A stretch of 64,000 nt of DNA from the NCBI GenBank assembly GCA_965223265.1, contig OZ244999.1, forward strand, positions 8,736,001-8,800,000. Reading direction: 5' to 3'. Shown here one piece after another: positions 50,101 to 57,317 of this stretch. This DNA is from Planctomycetota bacterium (lineage in GTDB: Bacteria; Planctomycetota; UBA8108; SXIK01). Below the pieces are notes generated by a model that saw only the letters and a list, made by a program, of their open reading frames with translations, searched no databases and was not told the origin of the DNA. The position numbers were made by a program, and so were the translations under genes. Positions within the stretch are counted from its first letter, which is position 1, and each line of letters opens with the position of its first letter.

Positions 50101-52144
50101 GACTGAATGCCTCGTCCGTATCGTCGACGGCGCTGTAGGCCCAGAAAAGCGTCTGGCCGGGGTATCCAGATTGCCTTGCGAATCGACGGAAGCGCCCGTG
50201 CAGAAACTCGAACACTTCGGCGGTGCGATCGAGCGGTCGAGACGCCACGAAGTAGTCCTGCGCGAACTTTTCGTTGTGACGATCCAAACACGCAGCAAAT
50301 CGAAACAGACGAAAGCCCTGGTCAAACTCGCGCCGCGACCAGTGGATCGTCGCTAGCGTCGAAAACAGGCTTGCGTCCTCCGCACGCGTGCGAATCGCGC
50401 GACGAACGATCCACTCGGCGCGCTCGAGTTGGCGTGGGTCCTCTGCCAGCTCTTGCGCGTACTGGTGCCAGAGGATCGGATCTGAGCTCTCCGAATCGAA
50501 AATCTCTTTCAACAGCTCCAGGCGTTCCTCTCGACTGGCAAGCTCGCGGAGATACGAGAGTTTCGCAAGAAGGAGATTCGCGTCTCGAGGAAACTTTGAC
50601 AGCAGGGCTTCCAAGGCCTGCAGGCGCTCGGCCGGATCGGCATCGTAGTCGGCGAGCGACAGCCGCGCGCGTAGCGTCATCGCGTGCTCGGGTCGAGCTT
50701 CATGAAGCCGCGTTAGGCAGTCGCCCGCGGCGTCGCGATCGTGTCGCCGGAGAGCCGTCTGCAGCTGGTAGCTCGAGTCGAAGAGGTCGCTGTCGGTGAG
50801 CTCGAGATCGGCGAGCCGATCTGCTTCCTCGGAAGGAACCATGGCCATGCCCCGCGGCCCGGTGGAAGCATAGCGCTCAAGCGTCTCGTCGGCGTCAAAC
50901 TCGAGGTCGTGGCGGTGGAACGGATCGCGAATGATCAGTGATCCGCGGCGTGTATCGTATCCGATGACTGCCTGCAGGTGCGCGTTTCCCGGATCGACAG
51001 TCGTCAGAGTGAACGGAATGCCGCGATCGATGAGCTCGCGCACGCTCTTTTGCGTGATCGTGAACTCCCGGACCTCCCAGCCATTCTGAGTTGCCCAGTC
51101 CCGTTGGCTGTGGTGCGGAGTGCCGTCGTAACAGATCTTCTCTGCCACCTCTAAGTGGTCGACTTCTTTCGACCAGTATCGTGCGATCGTCGTCAGTGTC
51201 GCGGGTGCGCACGTCAGGTGATGCTGCCGAATGAAACCGACGGGCAGAACGACTCTCTTGCCGTTCGGTGATGCCTTGACGCGCTCGGCGACGCGACGCC
51301 ACACCTCACCACCGCGCTGTGCCCATTGGTCGAACTCAGTGAGGTCATTAGCGCGGTAGGCCGAGTCGGCAAGTCGACCGGCCAGCCATTCTTGGCCGCG
51401 ACGATCGAGAAGCGGCGCCAACTCCCCGAATCGCTCCCACGCTGTGCGACTCTGCTCGAATTCACCGCGTGCGGAGTGCATCTGCCCCAGCTGCGAGAGG
51501 ATGGTGCAGCACTCCAAACGGCTTGCCGCCTGAGAAAGCAGCTCGATCGCCTCGTCCTCAAGTCCAAGCAGCTCGAGAATGTGTGCGACGGCTTGCACCC
51601 CCGGTCGGTACCACGGTTTCAGCTCGAGGGAGTGTCGTGCCGCCTCCAGTGACTCCTCGTAGCGGTCCTCGGCTTCCAAGATCCATGAGCGTTCAACGGA
51701 GATCCACGGGCGTACGGGACCCAGCTCTGCGGCGCGCTCGATCCACTCATGAGCCAGGTCGAAGTCGCGGAGCCGTGCCGCAGTGCTGGCGCGCAGTGCG
51801 AACCAATCGGCCCTGGTGAAGTCGTCAGCGCCTTCGAGGTCGCGGTGGCGAGACATGAATTCCCAACCGTCGAGAAGGCCGCGAGCATCGATGAGTGCGC
51901 TGGTCGCGAAGTAGATCGCCTCGGGATCGCCGGGGTCGTCGCGATGGGCAAGTCGATGCAGGACGCGGCCGAGTTGGGGCGCACCAAGGTTGTACGCCAA
52001 CCGACCCGCGAGAACACGTTCACGCGTGCCGCGCCAGTGGCGAAGCTCACCCAGTTCCTGACCAGCCTCGAGCGCGCTGACGTACAGGCCTTGATCGTAG
52101 AGGGCTTGCACCTTGGCCAATGCCGTTGCCACCGCTTGCGACAT
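47174..52144 (-). CDS. Very large TPR-repeat protein with a C39-like cysteine peptidase domain
   Basis: FIRQHHLTCAPATL (Gln/Cys), GNAHLQAVIGYD (His) and IIRDP (Asp) at ~51240-50920; TPR-like helices throughout; no signal peptide; ATG 52144 with GGGAG RBS. Confidence 0.82.
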   Translation of the reverse strand: MSQAVATALAKVQALYDQGLYVSALEAGQELGELRHWRGTRERVLAGRLAYNLGAPQLGRVLHRLAHRDDPGDPEAIYFATSALIDARGLLDGWEFMSRHRDLEGADDFTRADWFALRASTAARLRDFDLAHEWIERAAELGPVRPWISVERSWILEAEDRYEESLEAARHSLELKPWYRPGVQAVAHILELLGLEDEAIELLSQAASRLECCTILSQLGQMHSARGEFEQSRTAWERFGELAPLLDRRGQEWLAGRLADSAYRANDLTEFDQWAQRGGEVWRRVAERVKASPNGKRVVLPVGFIRQHHLTCAPATLTTIARYWSKEVDHLEVAEKICYDGTPHHSQRDWATQNGWEVREFTITQKSVRELIDRGIPFTLTTVDPGNAHLQAVIGYDTRRGSLIIRDPFHRHDLEFDADETLERYASTGPRGMAMVPSEEADRLADLELTDSDLFDSSYQLQTALRRHDRDAAGDCLTRLHEARPEHAMTLRARLSLADYDADPAERLQALEALLSKFPRDANLLLAKLSYLRELASREERLELLKEIFDSESSDPILWHQYAQELAEDPRQLERAEWIVRRAIRTRAEDASLFSTLATIHWSRREFDQGFRLFRFAACLDRHNEKFAQDYFVASRPLDRTAEVFEFLHGRFRRFARQSGYPGQTLFWAYSAVDDTDEAFSQLETALEHRPSDGELLLFAADAHARYGNTAEGERLLARAEDCTRAASWQRTAAALALYDARLEESLELWKEIATAEPLAMDAHRAVSHLLSSTAGHDAAANYLTTVAEAYPHNYSVHQLLIEHHSSEDPQRAEEVIRHLLRIHPADGWTIRELALTLASLHRFDEALEAADHALEVDPTSPASHSIRGYVATLRGDKLEAKEFFRAALHLSVDHDFALQNLLRACETPTEREAELAFVQDELVKQVIRGEALIVFQALACETLDAGTVVEVLEEILAARPDLWHAWSATITQHVAMGQLDTALALASDATSRFRLLPRLWLDLASVHQARRDFDGERAALRHALEVSPDYGPAVRQLALLFEREGNLADARQLLNSAVARSPLDPANRGYLAELLWKSNKKSAAFEQLRRALLLDSDQASGWQLLLEWAQQVERPEAALELANDLTDRRPGETRSWRVRAQILAGLGDEHEALGAIQHALKIDERCVETHDLHAKLLATNGRTEEALAACEPPALRGAKLPVILRARQAWVHAMCGDLSRAIELIEKVVGDDPSFCSGWQLLADWYDHTGDDAGYERAALRLTRLTPNDALAHGHAADAHLRRGDRGAAKVEFRRALDLSPGYFFAGVSLFDLHLEDDEVEEAASALRLMRAHDAQAALLAFDVRLAIKRSTPQEAIEHFGELCRAEDATAWSLGMAGEALVQAGKASECEHTLLVNVDTDSESAQPLAACYWIDHFAEPKKLSKLEDLYEKWRQNARMAPAVAAAIEFFADNSKPRRVLKRIGKNTEDLRNTNDTWVAVGYAYLTVGKYRRAAQWLADWETRSDVTPRALFNLMIAWRKLGQWRRTIELSSRAIELPRDHTTDGHLIYLALESALTGEIEAAEGYMARVAAVPETPYYEFLVHLFRAILVIPRGDRRLRQAMRHLRLARKSYPWLHAPDQTDMLETYRRATKRISKDSRRWYAALWRVLCVPSA

Positions 52145-52349
52145 GGGTCGTTCTCCCGCTCGAGTTGAGTCCGCCACAGGCTTCCGCCCGAACACTGCGG
52201 CCGATGGCACAGGACAGAGCAAAGAAGTCTACCCCGGGCGACGGTGTCGCGCGTCGCCGACCGAGATATCGGCTGACCAGGCCTTGGTAAGTTTTCTGAT
52301 AACGCGAGAACACCCCTGCGGCCGGTGCTATAGAGTCAGGTGGAGCAGG

Positions 52350-52450
52350 GGCGGAGACAGAAACGGAGACAGAGGCAGCGACGGAGTCAGATAACGGAGT
52401 ACTGGTACTCCCACTCCCACGCTCACTCACACCCACACCCACACCCACTC
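52350..52450. repeat. Bipartite hexamer tract (GAGACA/GAGGCA then CACTCC/CACACC)
   Basis: ggagacagaaacggagacagaggcagcgacggag...actcccactcccacgctcactcacacccacacccacacccactc in the divergent promoter region. Confidence 0.75.
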
Positions 52451-52611
52451 GGGTCTGTCTTTCCGGCTCGCCTGCCGTCCATCGCGCCCTGAATCCGTCG
52501 CATGGCTCAGTGCCGACGTCTCAGTCCATCCTCGTTCCCTGCGATCGGTCTCGACGGCCGCTCGCCTCGGCTCACATTCCGCATACCCATTCTGTTCAGC
52601 TCCACCGATCG

Positions 52612-52620
52612 TGCTACAAT
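52612..52620 (+). promoter_or_regulatory. Putative extended -10 promoter element
   Basis: TGcTACAAT (TGnTAnAAT), 48 nt upstream of ATG 52669. Confidence 0.45.
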
Positions 52621-52668
52621 GGCGTCTGGTCGGAAGGTGGTCGAGATGAGCTCACAGAGGAATCACGG

Positions 52669-55600
52669 ATGGTGTTCGATCGCACTTCGTTGTTCGTTTT
52701 TGTGCTACTGTTGAACGCCACGCCTTTGTTTGCGCTTCGCATCACGGAGATCATGTATCACCCGTCCGATGCGCAAGGGGATCTCGAATACGTCGAGTTA
52801 TTCAACGACGAGTCGACTGCGCTCGACCTCAGCGGTTATCACTTCTGCGACGGGATCGACTACGCGTTCCCGGACATGTTTTTGGAGCCGGGTGCGTATT
52901 TGGTCGTGGCGGCAAATGCCACGGCTGTGCAGCAGGCTTACTCGATCGTTAATGTCGTTGGCGACTGGGGGGGCACCGGTGGAAGCTCGCTGAGCAACGG
53001 TGGTGAGGCGATAGAGATCTGCGACAACGCTGGAGTCGTCCGCGCACGCGTTGAGTACAACGACGTCGGCAAGTGGCCAGCAGGGGCGGACGGCGCGGGG
53101 CATTCGTTGGCGATTGATGCAGCGTTCGCGCCGCAGAGCGATACCGATCGCTGGTTCTTGAGCGGCGAGCTGGGTGGATCACCCGGCGTTGCAAACGATG
53201 TTTCATTGGGAGCGATGCCCGTGTCGCTCAATGAGTTGCACACGCGTGTCGCAGAGGGCGAAGCGCGTTGGCTCGAGATCTACAACGGCGGCGACGCCGA
53301 AATCGATCTCAGCGGCTATCACGTCAGCACTGATCGGGACAACCTGCAGATGGCGTCGCTGCCGGCGGGCACCATGCTGCCGCCGCGGGGATGGCTGCGA
53401 TTGGACGAAGCGCAGCTTGGACTGTCGCTCGAGATGCCAGCGCCTGACGAGAAGTTCTTGGTCATTCTATCGATGCCTGGGGGCGCGCGGGTCGTCGACG
53501 CGGTGAATTTCCGGCCGACGCTGGTAGCGCACAGCGAAGCGCGCGTGCCGGACGGCAGCCGCATACTGTCGCGTGCAGCGCAGCCCACTCCGGAATCGGC
53601 GAATCTCACTGACGTCACGAGCTCCGTCATCATCAACGAGATCCACTACCACCCGATCGACGACGACGAGATGAAGGAGTTCGTGGAGATCTACAACCGC
53701 GGGGGAGAGCCGGTCGATTTGTCGGGATGGGCGTTGACCGAAGGGGTGCGATTTGACTTTCCAGCCATCGTCTTGAGCCCCGGAGAATACCTCGTCGTCA
53801 CGCCTAATCCGGAAGGCCTACGACAAACGTACGAGCTCGCGGCGGAGCGTGTTGTTGGACCCGCAACCGAAGAATCGCGGCAGCGCTTCGGTCGTCTCTC
53901 GAATGACGGCGAGCGTGTGACTTTGCGTGACGCGAAACGGAACATCGCTGACACTGTCGCTTACCGCGACGGGGGCGAGTGGTCCCATTGGGCCGACGGT
54001 GGTGGGTCGTCGCTCGAGCGCATCGATCCACGGCAGGACGGCGAGAGCGGCCAGGCTTGGGATGCGAGCGACGATTCCGCGCGTGCCCCGATCACCGAAA
54101 TTGACTACTTCGGGACATCAACCACCAGCGAGGGCGAGCTTCACCTCGTGCTCCCGGGACGGGGAAAGACTCTGGTGGACGAGATCTCTTTGGTCACACC
54201 GCTGACGATCTTCGTCGAAGAGCAGCCGTTCGCGACGTTTGACGGCGAGTGGAAGTACTTTAGGGCGACAGAGGCTCCCCCCGCAGACTGGCAACTGCCG
54301 TCTTTCGACGATGCCACCTGGCTCGACGGACATGGCACGATCGGATACGGACGCGACGACGAAGATGTCGTACTCGAGGACATGCAGAATAACTTTGTCG
54401 CTGTCTACTTTCGCCGCCGCTTCGTTGTGGGTGACCCGAATCAGATTCAGGGGCTCAACTTGAAGGTCGATTTCGACGATGGGTACGCGGCTTACCTGAA
54501 CGGTACGGAGATTGCTCGCACTCAGCTGGCCACGGATGCTACCTGGGAGGTGGGCGCGACGCGCTCGGCTCGCGCCGGCTTCATCGATGACGTGGACGCA
54601 TCGGAGTTTGCCAGCGCACTCGTGCAGGGCGAGAACGTTTTGGCAATCGAGGTCCACAACCTGAGAGCCAGCAGTAACGACTTTCGGTTTAGCGCATCGT
54701 TCGCGTCTGGAGAGTTCGTTGTTGATGACACCATCAATTCCCTTGTCGACGGCGACTTTGAAAGCGAAGAGTCGACTTCCTTCTGGCGCATCCAAGGGAC
54801 GCACGTCTATTCGGGTCGCGTGACGGACGGGGCGATCAGCGGCTCGGGGTCTCTGAGTGTGATCTCCACCGGAAACGGTGACAACAAGGTGAATCGCATC
54901 GAGACCATGAACGAGGGGATCGTGCCGCTGATCTTCGGCGCGGAGTATCATGTCACGTTGAAAGCGCGGTGGCAGGTGGGTGTGCCGACTCTTCTAACTC
55001 ACGGCCAGTATCAGAGCAGTCGTGTGCCCCCGTTTGCTGCGTCGCATCCCCTGGCTCTCCCGGACCGTTTCGGAACGCCGGGAGCTGTGAACTTTGTCAC
55101 CGAGCGTCAGATAGCTCAGACTGGATCAGCGAACATCGGTCCGGTGATTTCGAATGTGCGTCATTCTCCAGCCGTGCCTGGGGACGGCGAGCCCGTCCGC
55201 GTCGAGGCGTACGTGCAGGATGCGGACGGCGTCGAATCGGTGACGCTGGTCTACAGTCTCAACGACCCGCTTCCCGACGGCGACACGGGTCAGGTATCGG
55301 TCGTCATGCAATCTGTAGGCGATGGGCGTTTCGTCGCAGAGATTCCTGGGCAACCGCTGAACACTCGCGTCGTTTTCTTTGTGACCGCGCGCGATTCGGT
55401 CGGTGCGAGGGGGCGCTTTCCGCTCGACCACTTGGCGCGCACGCATCCGATGCGGGCGCGTCCTGACCTGTCACCGCCGGCTGACGATCTCTACGCGATC
55501 TACGCGCATGCTGCTCCAAAGACTGAGGCAGTCTTTCACTCATATCGCGCCTACACCCACGATAGCGCCCAGGCGACACTGTCGTCACGGGCACTGCATT

Positions 55601-57231
55601 CGAATGACCTCATCGACGCGACGTTTATCTTCAACGATCGTGACGTCTACTACAATTCGAAGATACGTTTCAGTGGAAGTCCATTCGCGCGCGGCGCTTG
55701 GGGAAGCTTCCGCATACGCATGCCTGACGATCGACCACTCCACGGTGAGATTAAGAAGTTCGGTTTGGAGTCGCATCAAGGCGATGGAGGACGTGACGCT
55801 CGCGAGCGCATTTCTCACTATCTGATCCGGTTTAACCAGGGGACAACGCAGGTGCCGTACTCGCGTTTGTGGTTGACCGATCTACGAGTCAATCAGCGTG
55901 TGAACGGTTTTCGCACGCACTACGCGAACCCTAATCGGGAGTTCCTTGAGAAGTGGTTCCCCGGCGATCAGAACGGGCCGTTCTTCGAGGTCGACGACCG
56001 CTTCACCATCAGTGATTCCGGCGCTCGCACTGACAGCAACGACGCTCGTTTGCTCTATCCGCCGTATGGCCCCGCGTCGCTGGGCGGCGATAAGGAGATG
56101 TACCGGTACTTTCTCAATTCACGCGGCGGCAATCCATTCGACGAGTGGGACGATGTGATCGAACTCGCCAGGATCCTTTCGCCGCGCGAGACACCGGCGG
56201 AGATTTTTGACGAAGTCATTTGGGATGTCATCGACGTCGAGGAATTCCTTCGCATTTGGTCGGTTCGGTTGAATACCGACGATTGGGACACTTGGGGCGC
56301 GCGTAGGGGGAAAAACTGCTACCTATACAAACCGACCCAAGGACGGTGGGTGCTCCTTGCGTGGGATATGGAGCTCACCTACGCCGACTCAGGATCGTTC
56401 CGGCCGCCAGTGATTTCGGGCGGCAGAAACTCCACATATTCGCTCGGCTTCACTGAAGTCACGCGCTTGATCAATCGCCCGCAGATCAAGAGAAGGTACT
56501 ACGGCATTCTGAACGAGATGCTCGAGGGCCCGTTCAACTCGGAGTTCTTGACTCCCTACATGGAGAAGCTCGACGAGGCCGGCATGTCGAGCTCGTCGAC
56601 GCGCCATGGGAAGCCGAGCGGATTCGTCGACAGTCGCGGCCGCCTGCTCCTGAGGGCGGTGGCTGGAGCACTTCTTTCGGAGATCGGCTTTCGCGTGACG
56701 ACGAACGCTGGCATGCCGTTCGTCAGTGAGATCCCGCAGATCATGCTCACCGGAGTCGCCGGCGTCGAGGTGCGGGACATCGCCGTCAGCGTAGACGGAG
56801 TGCAGTCCACGTCGTGGCAAACACGGTTTTCAGGCGACGACATGTTCGTCTGGCTTGCCGGTGGCGAGCTCGATCCCGGTGCTCATCGGATCGATTTCGT
56901 CGGCTTCGACTCGTCGCAGAACCCGGTGGCTCAGACGAGCATCGAAGTGACTGTCGGCGAACCGACGGAGCGGTTTCTTCGTGGCGACGCGGACTCGAGC
57001 GGTGACCTGGATATCAGCGATCCGATCCGCATTTTGCTGCACCTGTTTGCGTCGTTCGATGTCGGGTGTCGTGATGCGGCAGACGTCAGTGATGACGGTA
57101 TCGTCGACCAGGCTGATGCCATTGCGCTTCTTATGTATCTCTTCGAGCCCGGACCGCCGCCGGCGGCTCCGTTCCCCGAAGTTGGCACTGATCCGACTCC
57201 CGATTCCCTAACGTGCTTTGTTGGCCTGTAG
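52669..57231 (+). CDS. Secreted lamin-tail-domain (x3) / CotH kinase protein with C-terminal dockerin-like domain
   Basis: Signal peptide ending LFA; LTD repeats RITEIMYHP..EYVELFN, SLNELH..WLEIYN and IINEIHYHP..EFVEIYN; CotH-like DDWDTW..KNCYLY..LAWDMELTY; tail FLRGDADSSG..DAADVSDDG..PPPAAPFP..DPTPDSLTC. Confidence 0.85.
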   Translation: MVFDRTSLFVFVLLLNATPLFALRITEIMYHPSDAQGDLEYVELFNDESTALDLSGYHFCDGIDYAFPDMFLEPGAYLVVAANATAVQQAYSIVNVVGDWGGTGGSSLSNGGEAIEICDNAGVVRARVEYNDVGKWPAGADGAGHSLAIDAAFAPQSDTDRWFLSGELGGSPGVANDVSLGAMPVSLNELHTRVAEGEARWLEIYNGGDAEIDLSGYHVSTDRDNLQMASLPAGTMLPPRGWLRLDEAQLGLSLEMPAPDEKFLVILSMPGGARVVDAVNFRPTLVAHSEARVPDGSRILSRAAQPTPESANLTDVTSSVIINEIHYHPIDDDEMKEFVEIYNRGGEPVDLSGWALTEGVRFDFPAIVLSPGEYLVVTPNPEGLRQTYELAAERVVGPATEESRQRFGRLSNDGERVTLRDAKRNIADTVAYRDGGEWSHWADGGGSSLERIDPRQDGESGQAWDASDDSARAPITEIDYFGTSTTSEGELHLVLPGRGKTLVDEISLVTPLTIFVEEQPFATFDGEWKYFRATEAPPADWQLPSFDDATWLDGHGTIGYGRDDEDVVLEDMQNNFVAVYFRRRFVVGDPNQIQGLNLKVDFDDGYAAYLNGTEIARTQLATDATWEVGATRSARAGFIDDVDASEFASALVQGENVLAIEVHNLRASSNDFRFSASFASGEFVVDDTINSLVDGDFESEESTSFWRIQGTHVYSGRVTDGAISGSGSLSVISTGNGDNKVNRIETMNEGIVPLIFGAEYHVTLKARWQVGVPTLLTHGQYQSSRVPPFAASHPLALPDRFGTPGAVNFVTERQIAQTGSANIGPVISNVRHSPAVPGDGEPVRVEAYVQDADGVESVTLVYSLNDPLPDGDTGQVSVVMQSVGDGRFVAEIPGQPLNTRVVFFVTARDSVGARGRFPLDHLARTHPMRARPDLSPPADDLYAIYAHAAPKTEAVFHSYRAYTHDSAQATLSSRALHSNDLIDATFIFNDRDVYYNSKIRFSGSPFARGAWGSFRIRMPDDRPLHGEIKKFGLESHQGDGGRDARERISHYLIRFNQGTTQVPYSRLWLTDLRVNQRVNGFRTHYANPNREFLEKWFPGDQNGPFFEVDDRFTISDSGARTDSNDARLLYPPYGPASLGGDKEMYRYFLNSRGGNPFDEWDDVIELARILSPRETPAEIFDEVIWDVIDVEEFLRIWSVRLNTDDWDTWGARRGKNCYLYKPTQGRWVLLAWDMELTYADSGSFRPPVISGGRNSTYSLGFTEVTRLINRPQIKRRYYGILNEMLEGPFNSEFLTPYMEKLDEAGMSSSSTRHGKPSGFVDSRGRLLLRAVAGALLSEIGFRVTTNAGMPFVSEIPQIMLTGVAGVEVRDIAVSVDGVQSTSWQTRFSGDDMFVWLAGGELDPGAHRIDFVGFDSSQNPVAQTSIEVTVGEPTERFLRGDADSSGDLDISDPIRILLHLFASFDVGCRDAADVSDDGIVDQADAIALLMYLFEPGPPPAAPFPEVGTDPTPDSLTCFVGL

Positions 57232-57317
57232 AACAGAGCAGTTCGAGTCAAGAGAACGCCAGCGCGCAGTCGATTTGACCCGCGAAGCTCACCGGCGTCC
57301 GGCAATGGAGGTCCGTC

